Source: Candidatus Aceula meridiana (GTDB lineage: Bacteria > Omnitrophota > Gorgyraeia > Zapsychrales > Aceulaceae). From it: DNA of 64,000 nt. This document shows positions 48,634 through 58,237 of this stretch, piece after piece; the stretch's first letter is position 1, and each line of letters opens with the position of its first letter. Below the pieces are notes generated by a model. That model saw nothing but the letters and a program-made list of their open reading frames with translations, was not told the origin of the DNA and did not search any database. Location of the stretch: positions 38 to 64,037 of the forward strand of contig JAVCDE010000003.1 in the NCBI GenBank assembly GCA_030765185.1, in the 5' to 3' direction. The position numbers and the translations under genes are program-made.

Positions 48634-50226
48634 ATGAAAAAAAAGACGATAAAACAAAAAGGATTGCAGGAGTGCCTTGAAAAGCTTTTAACGCTTGGTA
48701 AGAGCAAAGGCTTTTTGACTTACGACGAGGTCAATGATACACTCGCAAAAGATGTCGAGTCTTCCGATGAAATCGATCAAGTTTTTGATTCGCTTGAGAC
48801 GAAGGGAATCAAGATTGTTGATTCTGCGCCCGACAAAGAAGAAGAGCTTGAATCTGGTCCTCGCGCTAAGGATCTTAAGCGTATCACAGACGAGCAGACG
48901 AGCGAACCTGTTTCTTATGGGGATAAGTTTATTCCGCTTGATGATCCTGTAAAAATGTATCTTAAACAGATGGGATCGATTTCACTTTTGACTCGCGAAA
49001 AAGAAATTCTTTTAGCTAAAAAAATCGAGGCTGCAGAAATAAAATTTGCTGAGGCTCTTTTTAAAATGGCATTTGCGCGTACGGAAGCTATGGGGATGAT
49101 TAATAAAATCTTGAATGAAGAAATTAATTTTGAAGACATTATCAAAGACGTTCTCGAGCGCCGCAACAAGTTGATTCGCGATTTAAAAAGACTTTTGCAC
49201 AAGGCCCGTCATTCACGTAAAGGCTCTGATCAGTCCGCAACAATTATTGCTCAATTTAAGCTAACCTCCACGGTTAATGAAGGCCTTGTGATTCGCGCTA
49301 AAGACATTATTAAGAAAATTGACCGGATTGACCGAACGCTTAAAAGCCGTAAAAAGATTCCGAAAGTGACTGAGCTGCGTAAAGAGAGAACCCAGCTTTT
49401 AAAGGAATTAGGCGAGCCTCTTAAGCGCGCTAAGGACTTGATGCGTATTACGCGTATGCGTCAGGCAAAGTTTAATCGTGCGAAAAAGGCATTGGTCGAA
49501 GCAAACTTAAGGCTTGTTGTCAGTATTGCCAAGAAATATATTAACCGTGGTCTATCTTTTCTTGATCTTATTCAGGAAGGCAACATGGGCTTGATTCGCG
49601 CTGTTGAAAAGTTTGAATATCAACGCGGGTATAAATTTTCAACCTATGCGACATGGTGGATTCGTCAGGCGATTACGCGCTCTATTGCAGATCAGGCAAG
49701 AACAATTCGCATTCCTGTTCACATGACAGAAACGATTAACAAAATTATTCGTGTTTCGAGATTGTTCGTTCAGGACAGCGGCCGTGAGCCAACTCCAAAA
49801 GAGATTGCTAAACAAGTGAAGCTTCCTGTGGTTAAGGTTAAGGAGATTTTAAAAATTTCTCAGGTGCCGATTTCCTTGCAAACGCCTATTGGCGATGAAG
49901 GGGATACGCATTTTGGCGATTTTATTGAAGATAAAAAAGCGGTTTCACCGGCTAATGCTACTGTGCATTCAATGTTAAAAGAAGAAATCATCGAAGTTCT
50001 GCAGACTTTAGACAGCCGCGAGCGCCAGATTTTAGAATTGCGCTTCGGCATCCAAGATGGCTCGACAAGGACGCTAGAAGAGGTTGGAAGTGTTTTTCGA
50101 GTAACTCGTGAACGCGTCCGTCAGATAGAATCTAAGGCTCTTCGAAAGTTACGCCATCCTACACGCTCAAGAAGACTTAAAACTTTCTTAGATATGACTG
50201 TAAAAGAGAGCGAGGGACTTCTTTAA
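48634..50226 (+). CDS. rpoD: RNA polymerase sigma factor RpoD (sigma-70)
   Basis: Regions 1.2-4.2 including [27 protein letters not shown]. Confidence 0.95.
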   Translation: MKKKTIKQKGLQECLEKLLTLGKSKGFLTYDEVNDTLAKDVESSDEIDQVFDSLETKGIKIVDSAPDKEEELESGPRAKDLKRITDEQTSEPVSYGDKFIPLDDPVKMYLKQMGSISLLTREKEILLAKKIEAAEIKFAEALFKMAFARTEAMGMINKILNEEINFEDIIKDVLERRNKLIRDLKRLLHKARHSRKGSDQSATIIAQFKLTSTVNEGLVIRAKDIIKKIDRIDRTLKSRKKIPKVTELRKERTQLLKELGEPLKRAKDLMRITRMRQAKFNRAKKALVEANLRLVVSIAKKYINRGLSFLDLIQEGNMGLIRAVEKFEYQRGYKFSTYATWWIRQAITRSIADQARTIRIPVHMTETINKIIRVSRLFVQDSGREPTPKEIAKQVKLPVVKVKEILKISQVPISLQTPIGDEGDTHFGDFIEDKKAVSPANATVHSMLKEEIIEVLQTLDSRERQILELRFGIQDGSTRTLEEVGSVFRVTRERVRQIESKALRKLRHPTRSRRLKTFLDMTVKESEGLL

Positions 50227-50254
50227 GAGTCAAAAGGATTATGTTTTAGTTAAA

Positions 50255-50290
50255 GGGCCTATTCCTGCATGCAGAATAGGCCCTTTTTTT
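50255..50290 (+). terminator. Rho-independent terminator after rpoD (GGGCCTATT...AATAGGCCC plus T7)
   Basis: 9-bp GC-rich stem, palindromic loop, followed by TTTTTTT. Confidence 0.8.
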
Positions 50291-50522
50291 GTCTTAAAGT
50301 ACTTAGTTTCTCTGTGTAAAAAGGTGCTAGTCAATGCTCCAAAAATTTGGTATACTTTACTTTCTGATTTTATATTTGACCCTAAATTTTACATTGGCAT
50401 TTTTTACTATTTCAAGTTAAAATGCCAATGCAAAACGCCTTTGGTGGGGGTTTACTCCGCAAGTCGCAACAAAGGTGCGATGCTGCGGCCCTTCGGACGG
50501 ATTTTTTAATATAAAATCCGGG

Positions 50523-50549
50523 TTGATTAACTATATATACTAGTATAAT
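50523..50549 (+). promoter_or_regulatory. Candidate promoter for the tRNA pair (TTGATT-N15-TATAAT)
   Basis: Hexamers read in sequence about 23 nt upstream of the tRNA 5' end; spacer is short. Confidence 0.4.
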
Positions 50550-50572
50550 ATGTTATAAGTTTAAGTTCATGC

Positions 50573-50647
50573 GGGCCCATAGCTCAGTCTGGTTAGAGCA
50601 GTTGACTCATAATCAATTGGTCCCAGGTTCAAGTCCTGGTGGGCCCA
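50573..50647 (+). tRNA. tRNA with CAT anticodon (elongator tRNA-Met, or tRNA-Ile2 if lysidinylated); CCA not encoded
   Basis: Cloverleaf folded by hand: acceptor GGGCCCA/TGGGCCC, D-stem GCTC/GAGC, anticodon loop CTCATAA, T-arm CCAGG-TTCAAGT-CCTGG. Confidence 0.8.
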
Positions 50648-50656
50648 GTTAAATAG

Positions 50657-50733
50657 GGGCGCATAGCTCAGCTGGTTAGAGTGCTGCCCTCACATGGCAG
50701 AGGTCGAAGGTTCGAGTCCTTCTGTGCCCACCA
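50657..50733 (+). tRNA. tRNA-Val (CAC anticodon), CCA encoded
   Basis: Acceptor GGGCGCA/TGTGCCC, anticodon stem-loop CTGCC-CTCACAT-GGCAG, T-arm GAAGG-TTCGAGT-CCTTC, 3' ACCA. Confidence 0.8.
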
Positions 50734-50759
50734 TTATTTGAAATATTTGAAAGGAAAAA

Positions 50760-51485
50760 ATGACATCAAAATCCGCAAAAGACCAGATTATTAAGCTTGT
50801 TGAACTTCAAAAATTTGATACAGAGATTTATCAGTACAATAAGGAACTTAAAGAGGGCCCTGAGCGCCTCCAAGAGATTAAGATCCAATTTGAAGCAAAA
50901 AAGCAAATCTTAAAAGAATTTGATGAGAGGACTAAATCGAAACAGCTTGAGCGCAAGGAAAAAGAAGTTGACCTCCAGGCCAAGGAAGATGAAATTGTTA
51001 AATCTAATAATCATCTATCACAGCTAAAAACTAATAAAGAATATAAAGCTAAGCTGACAGAGATTGAGAATATTAAAGCTGATAAGTCAATTATTGAAGA
51101 AAAAATTCTTATTCTTTTTGACGAAGTTGATAAGATAAAAGATCAGTTTGAGAAGGAAAAGGTTCTTTTGGCAGAGGAAGAAAAGAATTACATTGCAGAG
51201 AAAAAACAGATTGAAGATTTCATGAAAGAGCTTGAGGAGAAGGTTAAGCTTCTTGAGAATAAACGAAAACAAACAGCTGTGGACATTGACGCAAATGCTT
51301 TAAGCCGTTATGAACGTATTTTAAAGGGAAAAGATGGTTTGGCGATTGTGAAAGTTGAAAATGGTTCTTGCACCGGATGCTATATGAATGTTCCTGCACA
51401 GCAAGTTAATCAAATTAAGAAGCATGAAAATCTTATTTATTGTGAAATGTGTGCCCGTATTCTTTATATCGAGGAAGACCTTTGA
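50760..51485 (+). CDS. Zinc-ribbon domain protein, COG1579 family (coiled coil plus C-terminal C4 zinc ribbon)
   Basis: Long coiled coil then NGSCTGCYMNVPAQQVNQIKKHENLIYCEMCARILY. Confidence 0.7.
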   Translation: MTSKSAKDQIIKLVELQKFDTEIYQYNKELKEGPERLQEIKIQFEAKKQILKEFDERTKSKQLERKEKEVDLQAKEDEIVKSNNHLSQLKTNKEYKAKLTEIENIKADKSIIEEKILILFDEVDKIKDQFEKEKVLLAEEEKNYIAEKKQIEDFMKELEEKVKLLENKRKQTAVDIDANALSRYERILKGKDGLAIVKVENGSCTGCYMNVPAQQVNQIKKHENLIYCEMCARILYIEEDL

Positions 51486-51961
51486 GTAAGACATTAAAAA
51501 TATTTATTGATGGTGCATGCCGTGGAAATCCTGGTCCTGCAGGGATTGGTGTTGTTATCCTAGAGGGGAAAAAAGTTTTAAAAGAGATTTCTAAACCTAT
51601 TGGTGAAGCGACTAACAATATTGCTGAATATTCAGCGCTTATTTTTAGCCTTATTGAATCGATAGCTTTAAAGGCCGAAAAAATTCAGATTTGTTCTGAT
51701 AGTGAACTTGTTTGTCGACAGCTTGGCGGAAAATATAAAATTAAGAATTCAAAATTAAAGTTTCTTTACGATGAAGCCATCGCGCTGTTTAAGTGTTTTA
51801 AGTCTGTTGAGATTAAACATATTCCACGCGAGGAAAACAAGCAAGCCGATAGGCTTGCGACAGGTTCTTTAAAAGATATAAAGAGCAGCCTAGATGATCG
51901 CCCCGAAGTCTATCTCTTTGGGGAGGAAAGTCCGAGCTCCAAAGGATATGCATCCCGATAA
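51482..51961 (+). CDS. rnhA: Ribonuclease HI
   Basis: IFIDGACRGNPGPAGIGVVI ... IPREENKQADRLA RNase H motifs; TTG start overlapping the upstream stop; last 27 codons run into the rnpB gene. Confidence 0.7.
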   Translation: MSKTLKIFIDGACRGNPGPAGIGVVILEGKKVLKEISKPIGEATNNIAEYSALIFSLIESIALKAEKIQICSDSELVCRQLGGKYKIKNSKLKFLYDEAIALFKCFKSVEIKHIPREENKQADRLATGSLKDIKSSLDDRPEVYLFGEESPSSKGYASR

Positions 51962-52242
51962 TGCGGGACACCTTGGCATCTGTCGAGGGAGGATTAGAGC
52001 CACAGTGACGATGCCTTTGCCTTTGGCAAAGGAGTGAAACGCGCAATCTCTGCATGGAGCAAGGCCAAATAGGGGGAGACGCTGCCTTTAACAGCAGCGA
52101 CGAAGTGGTCCGCTTCGTCATCATTTCCGGGTAGGCCGCAAGAGTCAAGGGAGTAATTCCTTGAGTTAGTCAAATGATCATTGACCTCGCCCATAAAAAA
52201 TCGAGGGAAACAGAACTCGGCTTATGGGCTGCTCTTTTGATT
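51880..52242 (+). ncRNA. rnpB: RNase P RNA (bacterial type A)
   Basis: Universally conserved P4 and flanking blocks read directly: GGAGGAAAGTCCGAGCTCC (about 51922-51940), GGAGCAAGGCCAAATAGGGGG, GGGAAACAGAACTCGGCTTATGGG; P1 pairing AAAGAGCAGCC (51882-51893) with GGCTGCTCTTT (about 52228-52238); compensatory CCGAG/CTCGG in P4. Confidence 0.8.
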
Positions 52243-52368
52243 CATCGAGATATTTTAAGGGTTTCTTACTCGATGAATCATCCTTAAAGTCCAAAGGACT
52301 TAAGGGCTCAGAAGTTTTTAAAACAGATAAACAAGCATTCAAGCAAAAAAATAAGGGAGGATTCAAAC

Positions 52369-53118
52369 ATGTCAGGACATTCAAAATGGGCAAGTATTAA
52401 GCACAAGAAGGCAGCAACCGACGCCAAAAGAGGCGCGGCTTTTACAAAGATAATTAAAGAAATTACAACCGCAGCCAGAGAAGGTGGTGGGAATCCAGAT
52501 ACAAATCCACGCCTGCGCACAGCCATGCAGCGTGCAAAGCTCAACAATATGCCTTCTAATAATGTTGATAATGCGATTAAAAAGGGGACCGGCGAACTTC
52601 CTGGCGTTACTTATGAATCAGGTCTTTTAGAAGGATATGGTTCTGGCGGTGTTGCTGTTTTGGTTGAAACGTTAACAGACAATAAGAATCGTACTGTCGC
52701 CGAGGTTCGCAGTATTTTAAATAAGAAAAATGGGAGCTTGGCTGGTGCGGGAAGCACAGCATGGATGTTTACCAAAAAAGGTTTTATTGTTATCTCTGCG
52801 GACAAAGCCAAGGAAGATGAGCTAATGGATATTGTTATCGAGGCTGGAGCTGAAGATTTAAAAGTTGAAGGTGATAATTTTGAAGTTACCACAGATCCTT
52901 CGAGTTTTGAAGCTGTTAAAACAGCTCTCGAAGGAAAAAATATTGAGACGACAACAGCGGAAGTAACAATGATTCCAAACTCAACAGTTAAGGTTGAGGG
53001 TAATGAAGCTAGCCAAATTTTGGCTTTGATGGAAGCGCTTGAAGAGCAAGAAGACGTCCAAGCGGTGTATGCAAATTTTGATATTTCAGATGAGGAAATG
53101 GAAAAGATTTCCCAGTAA
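52369..53118 (+). CDS. yebC: YebC/PmpR family DNA-binding transcriptional regulator
   Basis: MSGHSKWASIKHKKAATDAKRG N-terminus. Confidence 0.9.
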   Translation: MSGHSKWASIKHKKAATDAKRGAAFTKIIKEITTAAREGGGNPDTNPRLRTAMQRAKLNNMPSNNVDNAIKKGTGELPGVTYESGLLEGYGSGGVAVLVETLTDNKNRTVAEVRSILNKKNGSLAGAGSTAWMFTKKGFIVISADKAKEDELMDIVIEAGAEDLKVEGDNFEVTTDPSSFEAVKTALEGKNIETTTAEVTMIPNSTVKVEGNEASQILALMEALEEQEDVQAVYANFDISDEEMEKISQ

Positions 53119-53600
53119 TGAAAATTTTAGGGATTGATCCTGGTTCAGTAATTACAGGCTACGGCTTAATTAATGCTAAGGATGGGGTTGTTAAACTTAT
53201 CGAAGCCGGCATCATTAAGATGAGAGCAGCTGATCCTTTAAAAGATCGCATACATACCGTTTATCGCAATTTAAACGATGTGGTTGTAGCGCACAAGCCG
53301 GATGTCCTTGTCCTTGAGAAATTATATACGCACCACAGCTATCGGACAACTGCTTCAATTTTAGGGCATGTGCGTGGCGTCATTTGCCTTCTTTGCGCTC
53401 AGAAGAATATTATACTAGCAGAGAGCAGTGTTAAGCGTATTCGTAAAGCTGTCACGGGGAATGGCGGAGCAAGCAAGAAACAAACACAGGTTATGGTCGC
53501 GCATCTTCTTAGTATTTCTGAAGATAAGCTTACGGCTGATGCTGGCGATGCCCTAGCTTTAGCTATCGGCTATATTAGCTTAAATCGGAAAAAAATATGA
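53118..53600 (+). CDS. ruvC: Crossover junction endodeoxyribonuclease RuvC
   Basis: MKILGIDPGSVITGYGLI and catalytic acidic residues. Confidence 0.9.
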   Translation: MKILGIDPGSVITGYGLINAKDGVVKLIEAGIIKMRAADPLKDRIHTVYRNLNDVVVAHKPDVLVLEKLYTHHSYRTTASILGHVRGVICLLCAQKNIILAESSVKRIRKAVTGNGGASKKQTQVMVAHLLSISEDKLTADAGDALALAIGYISLNRKKI

Positions 53601-54238
53601 TCGCTCGTATTTGCGGAAAAGTTTTTAAGAAAGAACAAAACGCTATTGTTATTGATGTCAATGGCATTTATTACGAGGTGATTGTCCCGAATTCTGTTTT
53701 GCAGCGCATGGATGAAACCAAAGACAGCGAAGGGCGAGTTAATCTAATTACGTATCACTATATTCAAACAGACCCCTCGAGGGGCATGCCGGTCTTGATA
53801 GGATTTATGAGTGAAGTTGAAAAAGATTTTTTTCAGCAATTTATTAAAGTTTCAGGTATTGGACCGCGCGCGGCTGTTAAGGCATTGGATAAGCCTATTT
53901 CGGAAATTGTCCGTGCGATTGATGAAGGGGACCTCGTTTTTTTAAAAACATTGCCGGGCATTGGTATGCAACGCGCTAAAGAAGTCGTGGCTAAACTTCA
54001 AGGGAAAGTCGGTAAATTTGGTCTTATTCAAGACGGTGGGTCTTCTTCGACCGACGTTCAGGGTGTAGGTGCTTCTGATTTTCAGGATGAGGTTCTTTCA
54101 GTGCTCTTGCAGCTGCAATATAAAAAGCAAGAAGCATTGGATATGATCAAGAAAGCTTTGGGGCGGACAGAAAACGTTAGCAACGCAGAAGATCTTTTGA
54201 ACGAAATTTATAAACAAAGGGTAAAAGACAATGGATAA
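53597..54238 (+). CDS. ruvA: Holliday junction branch migration protein RuvA
   Basis: OB domain plus two HhH motifs (LPGIGMQRAKEVV); ruvC-ruvA order. Confidence 0.9.
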   Translation: MIARICGKVFKKEQNAIVIDVNGIYYEVIVPNSVLQRMDETKDSEGRVNLITYHYIQTDPSRGMPVLIGFMSEVEKDFFQQFIKVSGIGPRAAVKALDKPISEIVRAIDEGDLVFLKTLPGIGMQRAKEVVAKLQGKVGKFGLIQDGGSSSTDVQGVGASDFQDEVLSVLLQLQYKKQEALDMIKKALGRTENVSNAEDLLNEIYKQRVKDNG

Positions 54239-55100
54239 TGATTTACAGTACATCAAAGGCGTTGCTGAGGCTTTGCTTTTTGTCAGCGAAAAGCCGGTTA
54301 CTATGGATGAGTTTAAGAATGCGCTTGAAGGTGTAGATACTAAGGCACTTCGCCAAGCGATTGAAGAGATGAAAGAGAATTATCAAGAGCGTCAAAGCGG
54401 CATGGTTATCACGGAAATTGCCGGAGGCTATCAGATGCTAAGTAATCCGCAATATGCGGCATCTGTTCGCGTGTTTTATCGAACACAGAAAAAAGAAAGA
54501 TTATCCAAGCCGTCTTTAGAAACATTAGCCATTATTGCTTATAAGCAGCCGGTCACACGTATTGAGGTCGAGATGATCCGTGGGGTTAATTCTGACGGTG
54601 TTGTTAATCATCTTTTAGAAAAAGGGTTATTAAAGATTAATGGGCGTAAAGATGTTCCGGGAAAGCCTTATATTTACGGAACGACAAAGCAATTTTTAGA
54701 ATATTTTGGGTTGCGGTCTTTAGCCGATCTTCCGAGGCTAGAAGAGTTTGAGACGCTGGAAGATGGGCCACAGAAAATTCAGGCTTTTCAGCAGGTAACG
54801 GAAAAGTTTATAGAGCAGGCCGAAGAAAACGCGCCTGAGGATGCTTTCGTAGGTGCAGAAGAGACTCCAAGCGTTGAGCAAGTTCTTACGAGCGAGTTGC
54901 CTGACGAGGCAGAGCCGACAGAGCAGGATGCTGAAAAGGCAGAAGAACCACAAGACATTGAAAAGACAGAAGAACCAATTGAGAAAAAACAAGAAAATCA
55001 GACTATTTCACAAAAAGCCAAACCCCAAGAGGCGGCTTCTTTATTAGAACAAGAGACTGTTACTGAGGGAGGTAGCAATGAGCATCCCCAAGCTTCGTAA
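54231..55100 (+). CDS. scpB: SMC-Scp complex subunit ScpB with acidic C-terminal tail
   Basis: Two winged-helix domains (ALLFVSEKPVTMDEF ... AIIAYKQPVTRIEVEMIRGV). Confidence 0.8.
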   Translation: MDNDLQYIKGVAEALLFVSEKPVTMDEFKNALEGVDTKALRQAIEEMKENYQERQSGMVITEIAGGYQMLSNPQYAASVRVFYRTQKKERLSKPSLETLAIIAYKQPVTRIEVEMIRGVNSDGVVNHLLEKGLLKINGRKDVPGKPYIYGTTKQFLEYFGLRSLADLPRLEEFETLEDGPQKIQAFQQVTEKFIEQAEENAPEDAFVGAEETPSVEQVLTSELPDEAEPTEQDAEKAEEPQDIEKTEEPIEKKQENQTISQKAKPQEAASLLEQETVTEGGSNEHPQAS

Positions 55101-56133
55101 AAAAATAGATATCCTTGATGCAAGGATTATTGCGTTGCTCAACGACCGGGCCAATGTTAGCTTGGCTATTGGGAAAGAAAAGAATAAAAGTCAAAAAAGT
55201 ATTTATGCTCCGGACAGAGAAAAGAAGGTTCTCGACCGCATTAAGAAGCTAAGCAAGGGTCCGATGAAACCAGATGCCTTGGATGCGATTTATCGAGAGG
55301 TAATGTCGTCTTCACTTTCTTTAGAAAAGCCGCTTCAAATTGCTTATTTGGGGCCTCAGGCGTCGTTTACACATTTAGCTGCCAGAAAGAAATTCGGTTC
55401 GCAGATAACCTATGTTCCGTGCATGAATATTCCTGATGTTTTTGATAGAGTTGAAAAAGGTGATTGTGATTATGGCGTTGTTCCTATCGAAAATTCAATT
55501 GATGGCGCCATCACGCACACGCTTGATCCTTTAGCGGATTCTGAATTAAAGATTTGTGCGCAGGTTTTATTGGAAATTTCGCACAACCTTTTGTCTGGCG
55601 GAAATTTAAATTCTATAAAGACTATTTATTCAAAATCACAGGTTTTCGGGCAGTGTCGTAATTGGATTCGAAATAATCTCCCGAGGGCAGAGTTGATTGA
55701 GGCATCTTCAACAACAAAGGCGGCTCAGATTGTGGCTAAGAAAAAAACAGCCGCTTGCATTGCTTCAGCTCTAGCGGCGCAAGTGTATGATCTAAAAATT
55801 CTTGAAAAAGGAATCGAAGATTTTTCGCATAACATTACGCGCTTTCTTGTCATCGCAAATGATGATGCATCTCCGACGGGAAAAGATCGCACATCGATTT
55901 TATTTTCAATTAAAGATAGGGTCGGCGCTCTTCATGAGATGCTGGTGCCTTTTAGCCGTAACAAAATTAATTTAACAAAAATTGAATCAAGGCCGTCCAA
56001 GAAAAAGGCTTGGGATTATTACTTCTTCGTAGATTGCCAGGGTCATCATCAGGACAAAAATGTTCAAAAGGCCTTAAAAGAATTAGAAAAGAAATGTAAA
56101 TATTTAAAAGTGCTGGGATCTTATCCAGTTTAA
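55078..56133 (+). CDS. pheA: Bifunctional chorismate mutase/prephenate dehydratase (P-protein)
   Basis: N-terminal CM_2 region (LRKKIDILDARIIALLNDRA), PDT domain, C-terminal ACT domain. Confidence 0.85.
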   Translation: MSIPKLRKKIDILDARIIALLNDRANVSLAIGKEKNKSQKSIYAPDREKKVLDRIKKLSKGPMKPDALDAIYREVMSSSLSLEKPLQIAYLGPQASFTHLAARKKFGSQITYVPCMNIPDVFDRVEKGDCDYGVVPIENSIDGAITHTLDPLADSELKICAQVLLEISHNLLSGGNLNSIKTIYSKSQVFGQCRNWIRNNLPRAELIEASSTTKAAQIVAKKKTAACIASALAAQVYDLKILEKGIEDFSHNITRFLVIANDDASPTGKDRTSILFSIKDRVGALHEMLVPFSRNKINLTKIESRPSKKKAWDYYFFVDCQGHHQDKNVQKALKELEKKCKYLKVLGSYPV

Positions 56134-56137
56134 GAAA

Positions 56138-57223
56138 ATGAAAAATGCTGCTCGAAAGAATATTTTAAAGATAAAGCCGTATGTTCCGGGAAAACCCATT
56201 GAAGAGGTTAAGCGTGATTTGGGATTAAAAGAGGTATGTAAATTAGCCTCCAACGAAAATCCGTTTAGTCCATCGCCCAAGGTCTTAAAGGCTATGCAAA
56301 AGGCACTCAAGGGGCTTAACCGTTATCCTGATGGAAGCTGCTATTATCTTCGTAAAGAAATTGCCAAGAATTTGAAGGTGAAAGAGACACAGTTGATTTT
56401 TGGCAATGGTTCCGATGAAGTTATTTTTCAGGTGGTGAGGGCTTTTGTAAACGAAGGTGAAGAGATTGTCATTGCCCATCCGACATTTCTTATGTACGGA
56501 ATTGTTGGGCAAATTGCTGGCGCAAAAATCAAAACAATTCCGCTAAAGAATTTCCGCTATGATCTTGTTGCTATGAAAAAAGCAGTTAGCAAGAAAACAA
56601 AAGTTATTTTCATCGCAAATCCGGATAACCCTATGGGAACTTACGTCACCAAAAAAGAACTTGATGTATTTTTAAAAGGGTTACGCAAAGATATTCTTGT
56701 TTTTTTAGATGAGGCTTATTATGAGTTTGCCCCAAAAAAAGATTATCCCAATAGTTTTAGCTTGCTAAAGAAGTACAAGAATATTATTGTGACGCGGACA
56801 TTTTCTAAGATGTATGGATTGGCAGGTTTGCGTATTGGCTATGGTGTTTCAAGCGAAGAGGTGATTGATATTCTAAATCGTGTACGCGAGCCATTTAACA
56901 TTAATAGCGTCGCACAAGCCGCAGCAGTTGCAGCGTTAAAAGACCAAGCTTATTATCAAAAGGCAATACGATTGTGTGAAAAAGAGAAGCAATACCTTTA
57001 TGAGGAATTTAAAAAATTTGGACTTTCCTTTGTAAAAAGTGCAACAAATTTTGTTGTCATTGACGTTAAAAAAGATAGCCAAAAGGTTTTTCAAAAGCTT
57101 TTACGCAAAGGAATCATTGTCCGCAACATGAATGCCTGGGGTCTTAAGAACTATATCCGCGTGACCGTCGGGAAACCTCAGGAAAATAGAAAATTTATAA
57201 GAAGCTTAAAGGAGATTTTATGA
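56138..57223 (+). CDS. hisC: Histidinol-phosphate/aromatic aminotransferase (class I/II)
   Basis: LASNENPFSPSP N-terminal motif; PLP-lysine region FSKMYGLAGLRIGY. Confidence 0.85.
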   Translation: MKNAARKNILKIKPYVPGKPIEEVKRDLGLKEVCKLASNENPFSPSPKVLKAMQKALKGLNRYPDGSCYYLRKEIAKNLKVKETQLIFGNGSDEVIFQVVRAFVNEGEEIVIAHPTFLMYGIVGQIAGAKIKTIPLKNFRYDLVAMKKAVSKKTKVIFIANPDNPMGTYVTKKELDVFLKGLRKDILVFLDEAYYEFAPKKDYPNSFSLLKKYKNIIVTRTFSKMYGLAGLRIGYGVSSEEVIDILNRVREPFNINSVAQAAAVAALKDQAYYQKAIRLCEKEKQYLYEEFKKFGLSFVKSATNFVVIDVKKDSQKVFQKLLRKGIIVRNMNAWGLKNYIRVTVGKPQENRKFIRSLKEIL

Positions 57224-58236
57224 TAGTCGTTTTAAAACCAAATGCAACAGAGAAGCAAATTCAGTACATTCTTGCTAAGACAAAGAATCTAGGATTAAAG
57301 TCCCACGTGTCCCGTGGAGTCGAGCGAACAGTCATTGGCTTTATCGGCCCTGAAGATGTTTTGCGCGTAACACCTCTTGAAGTTTTTCCAGGTGTTGCCG
57401 AAGTTATGCCGGTTTTATCACCCTACCGGCTTGTTTCGCGTGAGTTTAAAAAAGAAAATTCTCAAGTTGCGATAACAAAGAATATCAAAATCGGTGGTAA
57501 GAAAATTATTTTAATGGCAGGGCCGTGCTCAGTTGAAAGCAGAAAAGGTCTTCTTTCCATTGCCCGCAAAGTTAAGGCTTCCGGAGCGAGCGTTTTACGC
57601 GGTGGAGCTTTTAAGCCGAGAACGTCACCGTATGATTTTCAAGGCTTAGGGGAAGAGGGACTAAAGTATTTAAAAGAGGCCTCAGAAAGATTTGGCCTTG
57701 CAACCGTTACTGAAGTTATTGACCCTCGTCATGTCGAATTGATGTCAAAATATATTGATGTTTTTCAAATCGGTGCTCGTAATATGCAAAATTTTGTTTT
57801 GCTTAAAGAGGTCGGGAGAACGAAAAAGCCTGTGCTACTTAAAAGAGGCATGAGTGCCACCATCAAAGACTGGCTGATGAGCGCCGAGTATATTCTTTCA
57901 GAAGGGAATTTTAATGTTATCCTTTGCGAAAGAGGAATCCGTACATTTGAAACAGCGACTCGTAATACTTTGGATATCAATGCTGTAGCTGTCGCTAAAA
58001 ATTTATCACATCTTCCGGTGGTTGTTGACCCGAGCCATGGGACTGGGAAATGGGGCTTAGTCGGCGCTGCCGCTAAAGCGGGCGTTGCTGCCGGATGTGA
58101 TGGTCTTATGATCGAAGTTCATGATAATCCAGAGGCTGCATTATCAGATGGCGCGCAGTCGCTTCTTCCTAAAAACTTTAATAACCTTGTCAAAGAATTG
58201 AGGAAAATTTCTTTGGCGGTTCAGAGAGATTTATAA
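57220..58236 (+). CDS. 3-deoxy-7-phosphoheptulonate (DAHP) synthase, type I-beta with N-terminal ferredoxin-like regulatory domain
   Basis: About 70-aa N-terminal regulatory domain then KDO8PS/DAHPS TIM barrel (LMAGPCSVES, KPRTSPY, VDPSHG). Confidence 0.8.
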   Translation: MIVVLKPNATEKQIQYILAKTKNLGLKSHVSRGVERTVIGFIGPEDVLRVTPLEVFPGVAEVMPVLSPYRLVSREFKKENSQVAITKNIKIGGKKIILMAGPCSVESRKGLLSIARKVKASGASVLRGGAFKPRTSPYDFQGLGEEGLKYLKEASERFGLATVTEVIDPRHVELMSKYIDVFQIGARNMQNFVLLKEVGRTKKPVLLKRGMSATIKDWLMSAEYILSEGNFNVILCERGIRTFETATRNTLDINAVAVAKNLSHLPVVVDPSHGTGKWGLVGAAAKAGVAAGCDGLMIEVHDNPEAALSDGAQSLLPKNFNNLVKELRKISLAVQRDL

Positions 58237-58237
58237 A

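Noticed and set aside
50324-50509. 61-aa ORF between rpoD terminator and the tRNAs
   Set aside because: It overlaps predicted hairpins and promoter elements and has no RBS. The region is more plausibly a non-coding leader.
51813-52393. Three minus-strand ORFs (51813-52148, 51994-52194, 52178-52393) in the rnhA-yebC gap
   Set aside because: They lie antisense to the RNase P RNA gene. The GC-rich structured RNA sequence creates open frames by chance. There is no RBS and no recognisable protein features.
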